Source: a virus (taxonomy: Duplodnaviria > Caudoviricetes). From it: a stretch of DNA of 41,847 bases. Under the pieces are notes generated by a model, which was given only the letters and a program-made list of their open reading frames with translations, had not been told where the DNA came from and searched no databases. The translations under genes and the position numbers were made by a program. The stretch is from positions 1 through 41,847 of IMG/VR virus record IMGVR_UViG_3300034388_000042. The stretch is one strand, 5' to 3'. Shown here piece by piece: positions 24,732 to 34,467 of the stretch (the stretch's first letter is position 1; each line of letters opens with the position of its first letter).

Positions 24732-26702
24732 CTACCGGGCGCCGACCGGCATCAGCCGGTGCGGCAGCAGGCCCCTGGAGACTGCCTCGTCCAGGGCACT
24801 GACCACGGTGCGGGAGAAGGTCTCCCGGTCGCCCGCGATGACGCCGTGCAGGTGCACCTCGACGACCGTCCCGCCACCCAGCTCGGCGCCTGCGCTCGAG
24901 CTGCCGAGCGGAACGATGGCCTCAGGGCCGGCCTCACCGGCGATCAACAGGGTGGGCGAGGTGACGATCCCGCCCTTCGCCATCCGCGGGATGCTGTAGG
25001 AGTTCCCGCCGACGAACGGGATCCACGACGGGATAGAGAATGAGAATCCGCCGACCGTGGAATTCCAGAGAGAGCGGATCGCGTTGAACGCAGCTCGTTG
25101 CGGTGCGAGCAGCGCATTTCCGATGGCGCTACCGATTCGACCGAATGACGCGGGAAGGCCCGAGAAGAACCGTGTCATCTCCTGCCATTTAGTGACCACC
25201 CACGTGACGACCGCCCCGCCAGTATCCTTCACCCAGTTAAATGCTGTGACGATTCCCTGCATGGCAGTCTGGAAGATCGCACGACCCAGCTCGGTCTTGG
25301 TGAAGAACCAGACCAGCGCCGCCACCAGGGCCACAATCGCGAGGATTATCAGGCCGATCGGGTTAGCCGACAGTGCCGCATTCCACAGCCACTGTGCCGC
25401 CGTCGCCACACCCGTAGCGGCAGCGCCGGCCAGCTGGGCACCCTTGCTCGCGACCAGGCCGAAGTTCATCGCCGCCATCCCGGCGGCGACCTGCCCGACA
25501 CTGCCAGCCATCGCCAGACCCGGACCAGAGAATGCCACGGCGCCGGCCGCGACATCCCCGAGTGGACCCTTGGCGGACGCGAGCCCCTGAGTCCATGACT
25601 GGAATGACCGTTGCATTCCCTCGATCTTCGACTTCGCGTCACCGGAGACCGTGTCGGCCATCCGCTGCGTAGATCCAGTAACGCCCTCCATGCCCTCCTC
25701 GGCGCCAGCGACCGCCGGAAGGATCTGCCGCAGCGTGTCCTCCCACTGCGTACCGAACAGGGCGACGCCGGCCTGATTTTGCTTCACGGGGTCCTTCATC
25801 GAGTTCAGTGCCTGCAGCACGTTGAATGTCGCCGACCGGGCCCGGTCCCCGCCCGCCGCGATGTCAGCGGAGGTCTTCGCCGAGTCCAGGCCCAGCGTCT
25901 TGAGGCTGCTGCTCCCGGTGCCGATGGCCGCCGCGAGCTCCGGCCCAGCCTCCTTCTTCAGCTGCGCCAGGGCACCAGCGGTTAGTTTGCTGCCATCGAT
26001 CGCGCGGAGCGAGAACTCCTTGAAGGCATCGGCGATAACATCCGTGTCCCTGGCGCCCGCCTGGAGCCCGGCCGAGAGGATAGTGAGCGCCTGCGACCCG
26101 CCGATACCAAGCTTGTCGAACTGCGGCGAGTACTCGGTGAGCGTATCGAGGAAGTCACCGGCCTTGTCCAGGCCGAGTTGCTCGCCGCGGGTGATGATAT
26201 CGAACGCCTCGGTCGCATCCTTCGCGAGTCCATTCTTCATCAATGCGCCAGCGGCAGCGGTGGACTCGTTGACGTCGATGTCGAATGTCTGCGCGAGAGC
26301 GAGTGCGTTGGACGTAATTCCCTGCAGGTCGGCCTCTGACGATGTGCTTATGGACGCCATGTTCGTTGCCACGGACTTCAGGGCGGCGTCCACGGTATCC
26401 ATGGAATCGCCCCAGTTCGCCGCGTACACGGCGCTGGCGACCTTCCCGGCTTTCGCCGAGTCCTCGGTCGACAGACCGAGCTGTGCATTCAGTTTCGCCT
26501 GCGCCTGCCCGATGTCGAGGTTGTCGGAGAACGACTTCGCGAGCAGGCCACCGGCCGCCGCGCCGGCAGCGGCGCCAACGACGCCCAGGCCCTTCATCGT
26601 CCTGCCGAGCTTGCCGACCTTCTCCTCGGCGTCGCCGACGACCTTCCCAGCCCCGGCGTCCTCACCGGTCAGCCGGAACCTGAGGGTGACGTCATCGGCC
26701 AC
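24732..26702 (-). CDS. Tape measure protein
   Basis: Ala/Gly-rich helical protein, DTLTEYS and ALFGTQWED motifs, NPIGLII TM region, MAKGGIV...GEAGPEAIVPL C-terminus. Confidence 0.93.
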   Translation of the reverse strand: MADDVTLRFRLTGEDAGAGKVVGDAEEKVGKLGRTMKGLGVVGAAAGAAAGGLLAKSFSDNLDIGQAQAKLNAQLGLSTEDSAKAGKVASAVYAANWGDSMDTVDAALKSVATNMASISTSSEADLQGITSNALALAQTFDIDVNESTAAAGALMKNGLAKDATEAFDIITRGEQLGLDKAGDFLDTLTEYSPQFDKLGIGGSQALTILSAGLQAGARDTDVIADAFKEFSLRAIDGSKLTAGALAQLKKEAGPELAAAIGTGSSSLKTLGLDSAKTSADIAAGGDRARSATFNVLQALNSMKDPVKQNQAGVALFGTQWEDTLRQILPAVAGAEEGMEGVTGSTQRMADTVSGDAKSKIEGMQRSFQSWTQGLASAKGPLGDVAAGAVAFSGPGLAMAGSVGQVAAGMAAMNFGLVASKGAQLAGAAATGVATAAQWLWNAALSANPIGLIILAIVALVAALVWFFTKTELGRAIFQTAMQGIVTAFNWVKDTGGAVVTWVVTKWQEMTRFFSGLPASFGRIGSAIGNALLAPQRAAFNAIRSLWNSTVGGFSFSIPSWIPFVGGNSYSIPRMAKGGIVTSPTLLIAGEAGPEAIVPLGSSSAGAELGGGTVVEVHLHGVIAGDRETFSRTVVSALDEAVSRGLLPHRLMPVGAR

Positions 26703-26961
26703 GTCGAGCCTCCTTCATGGCGTCCTGGTGCGCGATCGCCTGCCGGACGTAGTAGGCCCACCAGTGCGCCGGCAAGTCGGTCACGTTGAACGGGGTGATC
26801 CCGGGCCACAGGTGGCTGACGAGGCCCATCCAGCGGCCGATCGACTCGGCGACGTCGTCGAACGGCCAGTCCTCGGCAGCTACGCCTCGAGGCCTGGATC
26901 GGGTTCGGGTGTCGCCGGGCCACCGCTGCCCGGCGTCGTAGGGTCCGTCTCGCCCGGACCC
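26692..26961 (-). CDS. Tail assembly chaperone -1 frame extension (gpT-like)
   Basis: The -1 frame is open from 26961 to 26692 and encodes WPFDDVAESIGRWMGLVSHLWPGITPFNV...WWAYY; candidate slip site GGACCCT at 26946-26940. Confidence 0.6.
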   Translation of the reverse strand, partial: GSGRDGPYDAGQRWPGDTRTRSRPRGVAAEDWPFDDVAESIGRWMGLVSHLWPGITPFNVTDLPAHWWAYYVRQAIAHQDAMKEARRGR

Positions 26962-27332
26962 TCATCGCCCGGATCGGGAATCATCGCCAACTCGCCCATC
27001 CGGACGTCCGCGGCCTCGAGGAACGACAGGCGGTCACCCGCCGCGCGCCGGGACAGGTACAGCACGACCGCGGTCCACACGTCGGCGTCATCCGGCGGGT
27101 CCGGCTCGACCATCGGCCGGCCCTCGTCAGCTGCGGCCTTCTGCTCGGCCTCGAACACCAGCTGGTAGTCCAGGGAGCGGCGGCGCATCGCGGACAGGGC
27201 CCGCATCCCCAGGCCCTTGCCGTCCTCGGACCACTCCTTCGTCTGCTGCTTCAGCTCCATCAGGTGCAGCAGGTTCGCGGTCGCCGGGTTGACCGCCTCC
27301 AGTTCCCGGCCATCGGGGAAGCGAATTCTCAC
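26880..27332 (-). CDS. Tail assembly chaperone (gpG-like)
   Basis: Position before the TMP; acidic end containing DPT. Confidence 0.7.
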   Translation of the reverse strand: MRIRFPDGRELEAVNPATANLLHLMELKQQTKEWSEDGKGLGMRALSAMRRRSLDYQLVFEAEQKAAADEGRPMVEPDPPDDADVWTAVVLYLSRRAAGDRLSFLEAADVRMGELAMIPDPGDEGPGETDPTTPGSGGPATPEPDPGLEA

Positions 27333-27814
27333 GACCCGGACCCGTGGGACTTCGCGGCGATCTGGTTGGCGACATCCTGCACCGCGGCGCGCATCGCGTC
27401 AGTCACCTGAGGCTTCACCGGTTCGAGGCATGCCTCGAACCACCCGGAGGGGATCGTTTGCGTCACCCACTTGTCGCGGTTCCCCCACGTCGGGTGCCGC
27501 AGCCGGCCGGCGTTCATGCGCTTCAGGTCGATGACGCCGCCGCCATCCTGTTTGGCGCGGCGCATGATGAGCACGATCCCGGGAGCCTTCCCGCCCAGCC
27601 GTTGCACCCTGAACTTGGCGCCCGCGATGACGGCGGCCAGGCCGCCGCGGCGCGGAACGCGGCCGGCCTGGCCAACACCCTTGCGGATCGCGTCCTTCGC
27701 CGGCTCCACGGCGGCGTTCGTCGCGAGCCGCATGGCCTTCGTCAACTCCTTGTCCTTCGCGGCCCGCAGTGCCTTCGCGACGGCGACAAGCTGCCGTTCA
27801 TCGGCGCCGATCAC
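27329..27814 (-). CDS. Putative neck/tail completion protein (HK97 gp10-like)
   Basis: Basic protein with GRLRHPTWGNR.KWVTQ...GWF motif; GTGA overlap. Confidence 0.55.
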   Translation of the reverse strand: MIGADERQLVAVAKALRAAKDKELTKAMRLATNAAVEPAKDAIRKGVGQAGRVPRRGGLAAVIAGAKFRVQRLGGKAPGIVLIMRRAKQDGGGVIDLKRMNAGRLRHPTWGNRDKWVTQTIPSGWFEACLEPVKPQVTDAMRAAVQDVANQIAAKSHGSGS

Positions 27815-28827
27815 AGGGCGGTGTCCGCGGTCCGCAGCACCACGTAGACATCCTTGTTCGTGCCATCGCTGGTGACGCTGGCGTCGACGTCCTGGATCGT
27901 GGTCTCCCCTGCCTTCACCTTCGGCAAGCCCTTGGTGAGGGCCAGCTGCGGGACGACGACCTGCAGCTGTGCGAACCCCGCGCTGATGGCCTCGGTCGTC
28001 GTCCAGGTCTGATACCAGGGGAATCGGGTGCCGGCTACGAGGCCGGCGGTGAGGGTGGTGCTGTTGTACTCCACCTTCCCGCCGAACTTGATCTTCTGTT
28101 GGCCGGCGATCGGCTGATTCCTGCTCCCGATCACCCACCGGCCGTCGTCGATCTGTTGGTCGATCTCGAGCTTCCAGCTGCGGAAGTCGGCGAACGCCGT
28201 CAGGCCCGTGGCCAGAGCCGTCGTCGTCGGGACCGTCAGCGTGCCGCCCATCCCGACCGCACCCTGGTAGTGGTCGAAGATGGTCGGCGCGGCCACGTAA
28301 GACGGCGACGCCGCCGCGGTGCCCGTCGTGTACGCCCGAGCATCGGCCTCCACCTCGATCGTGGCGGCCTCGTCCTCCGGCTGCTCGATCGTGATCTTGC
28401 TTGCGGTGCACCCGGAGTACGTCTCGACTGTGCCCGTCTCCGACCCGGTGTTGAGCGGCTTCACCACCTGGATCGTCGCCGAGGGCAAGACGGTTCCCGT
28501 GATCCCGGTGTGGAAGACGATCTGCGACCCGCCCGTGATGCTGGTGACCGTCGACACCCCGAGCGCCCAATCGAGCAGCACTCCGCCACCCTTGGATTCC
28601 AGCTCCGCCTTGAGCTTCACGCTGCCCTGCCCGATCGGCAGATACCAACGTGAGCCGAGCGGTCCACGGCGCCCATTGCCGCCCTGCAGGCCCTGAGACT
28701 GGCGCGGCCGCGGATCCCAATCGGACTCCACCCCATCCATCCACGGGTAGAACCGATCCACCACGACCGGCGTGTTGTAAACGGACTCCTTCTTCATGGC
28801 CCAGCGGCAGTCCAGGACCGTGCTCAT
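27811..28827 (-). CDS. Major tail (tube) protein
   Basis: KESVYNTPVVVDRF N-terminus, SATIQV, YSGC; size and position. Confidence 0.8.
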   Translation of the reverse strand: MSTVLDCRWAMKKESVYNTPVVVDRFYPWMDGVESDWDPRPRQSQGLQGGNGRRGPLGSRWYLPIGQGSVKLKAELESKGGGVLLDWALGVSTVTSITGGSQIVFHTGITGTVLPSATIQVVKPLNTGSETGTVETYSGCTASKITIEQPEDEAATIEVEADARAYTTGTAAASPSYVAAPTIFDHYQGAVGMGGTLTVPTTTALATGLTAFADFRSWKLEIDQQIDDGRWVIGSRNQPIAGQQKIKFGGKVEYNSTTLTAGLVAGTRFPWYQTWTTTEAISAGFAQLQVVVPQLALTKGLPKVKAGETTIQDVDASVTSDGTNKDVYVVLRTADTAL

Positions 28828-28830
28828 CGC

Positions 28831-29148
28831 TCAGCCCTCCTCTCCGGCCGACACCGACGCCGCTCGCCGCCACGAGTCCTCCTGCGCGAGCAGGCCCTCC
28901 CCCGGATCACGCGTATACCAGACCGGGTTGCCCTCGTGGTCGAAGGTCTGCCCGTCCCGCAGCGGCCATCCGGCGGGCGTCCACCCGCCGGATGGCGTCA
29001 TCTCCCCCGGCAACGCGCGCCGCCACCCCTGGTCTGGCTCCCGGCCCGCCACCTCGTCCGGGACCTCGACCGGCTCACCACGGGCCGCCGTGACCCCGCA
29101 CTGCGGCAGGTACACCTCGGCGCACGGGCCGAGATACTCAACAATCAC
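28831..29148 (-). CDS. Small virion-module hypothetical protein
   Basis: GGGGAG RBS before GTG 29148; YLGP...RGEPVEVPDEVAG...GLLAQ..W. Confidence 0.6.
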   Translation of the reverse strand: MIVEYLGPCAEVYLPQCGVTAARGEPVEVPDEVAGREPDQGWRRALPGEMTPSGGWTPAGWPLRDGQTFDHEGNPVWYTRDPGEGLLAQEDSWRRAASVSAGEEG

Positions 29149-29159
29149 AGCGCGCTCCC

Positions 29160-29663
29160 CTAAATCCTCGTGCGGAATCCGAAAGTGAAATCGAGCGTGC
29201 ATTTCGACCCGGCATCGTTCTCCTGCCGAAGCGAATACCGGTTCATGATGTAGGAATAGCGCATCCAGGACGGATCCAGGCCGAGCGTCGGATTCGTGCG
29301 GGTGATATTCTCCAGGACGGCCATCTCCGCGAACACCACGTCACGCGCCGCCTTCGGCGGCGCCCGGTCGCCTGTCTGGCACAGCGCCCGGCACGGGATC
29401 TCACCCCGCTCATCCCGAGCCCGAGCGACGTTCCCGATCGGCCCGATGGTCTGCTCGCCCTCCGCGGCGTCCTGGGGGGCGTCCGGCTCACCGGACCAGC
29501 CGATCGCCAACCACGTCGTGACCCGATCGGAGGTGATCCCGTACTGCGGGCCATCGAATACCGGGATCCCGGTCGCGGTGGACTCTGGGTCACGATGGCC
29601 GGTCGCGGCCCGGGCCAGGGACACCAGCGCGTCGATCACGTAGGGGAGGCGGGCCGTCGTCAT
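29160..29663 (-). CDS. Putative tail terminator
   Basis: VFDGP...LAIGW...NPTLG pattern; lies between adaptor and tail tube. Confidence 0.6.
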   Translation of the reverse strand: MTTARLPYVIDALVSLARAATGHRDPESTATGIPVFDGPQYGITSDRVTTWLAIGWSGEPDAPQDAAEGEQTIGPIGNVARARDERGEIPCRALCQTGDRAPPKAARDVVFAEMAVLENITRTNPTLGLDPSWMRYSYIMNRYSLRQENDAGSKCTLDFTFGFRTRI

Positions 29664-30487
29664 GCGACCTGCTCCCGGATCCAGGGCTCCCAGCGCTCGC
29701 GGACCGCGTTCGGGAGCGTGAACCCGGCCGGCAGCGACCAGTCCGAGTCGCTGTTCTTGCGTGGCAGGCCGCTGCCGCCGCGCTGCGTGTTCCACAGGTG
29801 CTCGACCAGCATCAGGACGCCCTGCCGGATCTCGTCCGGGATCAGGCCGTCAGCGGCACCCGCGACGTAGGTAACCGCGACATTCTGCCGGCCGGCCGCC
29901 CACCGCAGCCCGCACGACGTCGACGGCCCGCGGTACAGCAGGCCGTCCTCGAGGACGGCCGTGTAGCCGGTCGCGGAGTCGACCGCGGTGCCGCCCTCGG
30001 TCACCGTGGTCACGGAGATGATCGGGTATCGCAGGCGCACCAGCGTGCTGCCGCCGTCCTTGGTGGTGGCCAGGGCCTGACGGCGCCACACCTGGGTGCG
30101 CCGCTCACAGTGCCCCGAAGCGACCCGCACGTACCGCTGCAGCAGCACGTCGTCGCCCGTCGAGTAGGCCCGGCACTGCTCCCGAGCCTCAGCCAACGAG
30201 CACAGCGGCGGGAGCACCTGGTCGACGTAGAACGAGTCCAGCGGCGGGGCCTGCGCATTCGTGCCGCCGAACACGATCCGGACCCCGTACAGGCCAGGCA
30301 GCGTCGGAGTGTAGGCCGCGACGTACGTTCCCGTGACGCTCGGTGGGTTCGTCACCGTCGGGGTCGCTGTGGTGCCGTCCGGCAGGGTGATGGTCAGCGT
30401 GGCCGTGGTCGCATTCGCCAGCGCGCCGGCGGAATCGCGGACCAGCCACGGGCCGAGCGTTACCGGCTGGCCCAGGGCATAGCTCAC
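29660..30487 (-). CDS. Head-tail adaptor with N-terminal beta-sandwich extension
   Basis: CSLAEAREQ...VTYVAG...PDEIRQGVLMLVEHLW adaptor motifs; GAGGAGG RBS before GTG 30487. Confidence 0.75.
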   Translation of the reverse strand: MSYALGQPVTLGPWLVRDSAGALANATTATLTITLPDGTTATPTVTNPPSVTGTYVAAYTPTLPGLYGVRIVFGGTNAQAPPLDSFYVDQVLPPLCSLAEAREQCRAYSTGDDVLLQRYVRVASGHCERRTQVWRRQALATTKDGGSTLVRLRYPIISVTTVTEGGTAVDSATGYTAVLEDGLLYRGPSTSCGLRWAAGRQNVAVTYVAGAADGLIPDEIRQGVLMLVEHLWNTQRGGSGLPRKNSDSDWSLPAGFTLPNAVRERWEPWIREQVA

Positions 30488-30547
30488 CTGCCCCACCTCC
30501 TCTCGTGGTGGGGCAGGTGAGCAGAACAGGCCCTGGGCTACGAAGCG

Positions 30548-30648
30548 GAAGCCAGCAGGGCCGCGTTGGTGCGCTGGCCTGGCCTTCATCTGTGCCGATC
30601 ACCTCGACGCCCTGGGCGCCAGGCTGGTTCCGCCACCGTCCCGGAACC
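30548..30648 (-). other. Structured intergenic element (two hairpins)
   Basis: GGTTCCG/CGGAACC inverted repeat (30626-30648) and a long hairpin with CACCAA loop (30548-30587). Confidence 0.4.
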
Positions 30649-30663
30649 GCGACTATGTGTGGT

Positions 30664-32748
30664 TCAGTAGGTGGCTCCGGAGTAGACGTGCTTCCACCCC
30701 GAGCCAGTCCCCGCCGACGAGTACACGACAAGCCCGGCCCCACACGACAGGGCTCCGTTGGAGTTGACGCACGTGTCTCCATTGGACGGCGTGAGCGTGG
30801 AGATGTCAGCCGAGATCGACGGGCTCACGACTCGAACGGCCTCGGAAGCAGCCTGCTTCACCACTGCCGCACCATCCACAGACCCACTTAGCACAATCGA
30901 CGCGCCGTTCACGTAGAACGCCTCGTTGACGGTGCTGATCCGGGGCCCGAGCAGCGTCACCGTGGTGTTGGCGAGGCTGTCAGACACACGGCTTGCCCCA
31001 GACAGGTACGTCCCATCAATGACGACCTTCGCCCCATCGGTTGCGGCCGTCTCGATCTTATACATGCCATTTCCGTTAATCTGATTCCCGCCCCGGAACG
31101 TCAGACGGCCGAGCGTTCCCTGCTGGATATGAACGCATCGGTGGGCGATCGTTCCGGCGAAGTTCCAGTCGCAGTTCTCGATCAGAATCTCGCCGATGTT
31201 GACGGCGAACGCTCCGGTATCGATCCCATCGAATGCCCCGGACGCCCTCGACACAAACATGTCGCGGAGCACGATCTTTCCGACGGTCACCGTTGCAGTG
31301 TTGAATTTGATGATGTTGGAGCAGGCATCGGTCACCCTCCCACCATTAATGATGAGCTGGCGGATGGTGGCGGTGCTTGTGCCCTTCACCATGACTGGGG
31401 TGTCGACGTCTCCGTTCCCGGACTGAGGGGAGTGGTAGAGCTTCATGGTCAACCGGTCTATGGCCGGCGAGAATAGCGCGACCACCGCGTTGGAGGACGA
31501 CCGACAACGGGCGTTCACGTTGCCCAGGTCGATCGTCCCATAGGTTCCACCGGTGGTGTTGGCGGATGCGGTGTCGTCACCAATCCAGATAGGGTTTCCG
31601 TTGAGGATGTGACCCGTTACCTGCCCGTCAACAGTGATCCCGTCGATCAGCCATCCCGCGCCGGCAATGAACTTCAGGCTGTTCCATGCGGTTGTCCTAC
31701 TGGAGTCGATCGTCCCGATGGTGACGCCGATGATGTCGCCAGCGGTCGGCTGCTCGGTGGCGTAGTCACCCGCGGTAAACGCCACCTGGTCATCGCCGCT
31801 TCGACCTGCAACGTAGTCGATCCGCCCCCATGCTGACGGGCCGTTGACCTGCACAGTAGGACCGGCGAGATTCGAATCCTTCACTCGAACCCAGTACCCG
31901 GATACTGCGCGGAGACTCACGCCCCTGCCATACCCCGTTGCGGATATCATCTCGATGTCGATCGTGACATCCTGCGCGGACATTATCATGATCCAGCCGG
32001 ACGGATACGGGCAGGTGTTTGCCCCGCCGTCCCACCAACCCCCGAGGATGGTGATTCCTGAATCGACCGCGTAGAGGGAGACGGTCGCGCTGGACACGGT
32101 GGCTGTTGCCTGGCACTGCCGGTAGTCGAGAGTTCGCAAAGTTATCGTGGTAGCCGTTGTCGCCGAGACAACTCCGACCAGTGGACCGTTCCCATTTCCG
32201 CCCGCGCCAGCGATGACGGCGACCTGCCCAACGACGGCGACAGCCCCGAGCGCGGTCGATACCACAGCGGAACCGGACGTGGTCGCAGTGTCGGTTGCCG
32301 TGGCCAGTGGCGTGACGGAGCTGTGGTTGCGGATCAGGCGCAGGTTTGAGCCCGCCGACCTGCGCAGAACACACCCACGCACGTCGAGGGTCGTACCGGA
32401 GCCGATCACCGGTTCGCCGGTGATGATGTACGTCTCGCCCGGCATACCAATGACCCGGCCTCTTCCCGCCAGACGAGCGGCGGTCAGGGCGCTCTGAATC
32501 GTCGACGTATCGTCGGTCCCGTTCGACGGACCGAGGTGCCGAACATAGGTGCTCGACAGCCCGGCCGTGACGCTGGCCTGGTCCATCTCATCCCAGGACA
32601 CCGCCTGCTGCGCCGCGGTCGGCGTGAAGAACGCACGGCGCGCGATCACCGCCGGATCAGACTCGTCGAGCAGCTCCCCAACCGCGATCGTCCGGGGCCC
32701 GCCCGCAGTCTGGTAGGAGAACGAGGCATTGCACTGCACCAGGGCCAC
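30664..32748 (-). CDS. Right-handed beta-helix (pectate lyase-like) virion protein
   Basis: GTDDTSTIQSAL...GETY, GGWWDG, SGDDQVAF and repeated I.I.N strands; GGGAG RBS. Confidence 0.8.
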   Translation of the reverse strand: MALVQCNASFSYQTAGGPRTIAVGELLDESDPAVIARRAFFTPTAAQQAVSWDEMDQASVTAGLSSTYVRHLGPSNGTDDTSTIQSALTAARLAGRGRVIGMPGETYIITGEPVIGSGTTLDVRGCVLRRSAGSNLRLIRNHSSVTPLATATDTATTSGSAVVSTALGAVAVVGQVAVIAGAGGNGNGPLVGVVSATTATTITLRTLDYRQCQATATVSSATVSLYAVDSGITILGGWWDGGANTCPYPSGWIMIMSAQDVTIDIEMISATGYGRGVSLRAVSGYWVRVKDSNLAGPTVQVNGPSAWGRIDYVAGRSGDDQVAFTAGDYATEQPTAGDIIGVTIGTIDSSRTTAWNSLKFIAGAGWLIDGITVDGQVTGHILNGNPIWIGDDTASANTTGGTYGTIDLGNVNARCRSSSNAVVALFSPAIDRLTMKLYHSPQSGNGDVDTPVMVKGTSTATIRQLIINGGRVTDACSNIIKFNTATVTVGKIVLRDMFVSRASGAFDGIDTGAFAVNIGEILIENCDWNFAGTIAHRCVHIQQGTLGRLTFRGGNQINGNGMYKIETAATDGAKVVIDGTYLSGASRVSDSLANTTVTLLGPRISTVNEAFYVNGASIVLSGSVDGAAVVKQAASEAVRVVSPSISADISTLTPSNGDTCVNSNGALSCGAGLVVYSSAGTGSGWKHVYSGATY

Positions 32749-32836
32749 GGAGAGGCTCCCTTCAGGACGGGCAGTGAAGAGGGATGGACTGCTGCCCGCC
32801 GGAGCCGGGAGACACCCGGCAGGCAGCAGCAGCAGG

Positions 32837-33409
32837 TCAGGTGACGATGACCAGCGGGACCGTCGCCACCGTCGTCGGGCTCGCGATCGTCGCCGGAGCC
32901 GTCGTAGTCAGCGCCGATCCTGACGTCACCGACAGAACCTTCTGCCCCGTCACGACCGCACCAGCCTCCACCGCGTTGTGCAGCGTCCGGCCCGCCAGCG
33001 TCGGCACGGTCGTCGCCTTCATCATGATGTCGGCGTAATAGATGCCCGTCGTCAGCACCGGGTACGGCGATGCGAGGGCCAGCGTCTTCGCGGTGTTCGC
33101 CGCCCACGCCGTCGTGGTCTGATCCGCCGTCTGTCCCAGCAGCGCCGGGGTAGCCGCATTCGAGTGGAGCGCGAACCACCAGTTCGTCGGGGTGCCCGCC
33201 GCAGTTGTCCCCGAGATGAACGTCAGGTTCGTGACGACGTCACCCGCCTCGAGGTAGACCGCGACGCTGGACATCACCTGCGTGGTCAGCGCCGCCACAT
33301 TCCCGTCGGTCGCCGCGATGTCGATCCGGCGCATGTTCTTCCGGACGAACACCCCGCCATCCAGCCAGTAGTCCAGGTCAGGGCCAGGCTGGCTCTGTGT
33401 TGCCGTCAC
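32837..33409 (-). CDS. Putative head decoration/accessory protein
   Basis: Thr/Ala-rich beta protein shortly after the capsid gene. Confidence 0.55.
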   Translation of the reverse strand: MTATQSQPGPDLDYWLDGGVFVRKNMRRIDIAATDGNVAALTTQVMSSVAVYLEAGDVVTNLTFISGTTAAGTPTNWWFALHSNAATPALLGQTADQTTTAWAANTAKTLALASPYPVLTTGIYYADIMMKATTVPTLAGRTLHNAVEAGAVVTGQKVLSVTSGSALTTTAPATIASPTTVATVPLVIVT

Positions 33410-33675
33410 TGCGCACCATCTCCCTGGCCCGCACGCCGGCGGGCCGTGCTCGTCTGCCGCACCTCACCAGGCGCAGCGCTAGCCGTCTCCATGGCCACCG
33501 CCGTCACCGACTGCGGCACCGCCTCCTGGCGGGCCACCTGCGCCTCCACCGCCTCGAAGAGGTGGCCGTGGGTCTTGAGGATCGGGTCCTCGTCGCTCAC
33601 GAGCCGGCCAGCCGCGAACACCAGCGGACCACTCTCGGTCTGGACGGCGAAGCCGCCCTTGCATCGTTGCGTCAT
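33406..33675 (-). CDS. Small head-module protein
   Basis: AAGGAG RBS; ATGA overlap; GRLVSDEDPILK...LFE...ETASAAPGE.R. Confidence 0.7.
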   Translation of the reverse strand: MTQRCKGGFAVQTESGPLVFAAGRLVSDEDPILKTHGHLFEAVEAQVARQEAVPQSVTAVAMETASAAPGEVRQTSTARRRAGQGDGAQ

Positions 33676-34331
33676 GCGTTCTCCTTGTTGCTCCGAGTCA
33701 GGTAGTCGAGGGCCGCCGCCAGGATGCTCGGGCTGTCCCGGAAGTTCCCGAGGCCGACGTTGCAGTTGTGGCAGAGCAGGCCGCGCACCCGGTTCGTCTC
33801 GTGGCAGTGGTCGATGTGCCACCGCTCGCCTCGCCCACCGGGGACATCGGTCCGGCAGATCCCGCACCGCCCACCCTGCGTGGCGAGGATCTCGGCCCAG
33901 CCCTCCTCGGTCAGGCCGTACTTGCGCAGCGTCCGCTGCCGGTCGCGCACCGAACCATCACGACGGTCCACCTTGCATCCGGAGCAGACCGGGTACCCGA
34001 CCAGGGTCTGGACGGGACCACCGCACGTCCTGCAGGTGCGCGGAGGCTTCCCTGCTGCCTTGGCCGACCGGCGTTCCTCCGCAGCACGATGCGAGCACCG
34101 ATCGCTGCAGTACTTCGCCGCCGGATGCCGCGTGGTCTTCTCGGCCCCGCACTGTTCACACCTGATCTCCCGCGGTGGGCCGGCCAGGGCGTAGGTCTTG
34201 CGCACTCGCGCCGCGTTGCACTTCAAGCACTGGGAACGCAGCCCATCATTCGACCGCGCCGAGCGGCCGAATGCAGACAGTGGCAGCACCTCTCGGCACT
34301 CAGTGCAGACCTTCGTCATAGCATTGCCCAT
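33672..34331 (-). CDS. Endonuclease VII-domain protein (probable free-standing homing endonuclease)
   Basis: KYGLT...QGGRCGIC...HIDHCHETNRVRGLLCHNCNVGLG.FRD motif plus N-terminal CxxC arrays. Confidence 0.88.
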   Translation of the reverse strand: MGNAMTKVCTECREVLPLSAFGRSARSNDGLRSQCLKCNAARVRKTYALAGPPREIRCEQCGAEKTTRHPAAKYCSDRCSHRAAEERRSAKAAGKPPRTCRTCGGPVQTLVGYPVCSGCKVDRRDGSVRDRQRTLRKYGLTEEGWAEILATQGGRCGICRTDVPGGRGERWHIDHCHETNRVRGLLCHNCNVGLGNFRDSPSILAAALDYLTRSNKENA

Positions 34332-34334
34332 GGG

Positions 34335-34458
34335 TCGGACCTCCAGTGTCCGATCAAGGGCCCGGCCGGTGTTACAGCACCGCGATTCCGGGCCCGCTCG
34401 TTTTCATTCTACCGGTTCCGCCTGTCGCAGAATGCGATCCGCACGACAGGCGGAACCG
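34335..34458 (-). promoter_or_regulatory. Structured leader and promoter of the Endo VII gene
   Basis: 15-bp perfect inverted repeat (34413-34427 and 34444-34458), TAGAAT -10 (34411-34406), hairpin 34358-34395, and hairpin 34335-34353 covering GGAGG. Confidence 0.6.
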
Positions 34459-34467
34459 ATAAATGAA

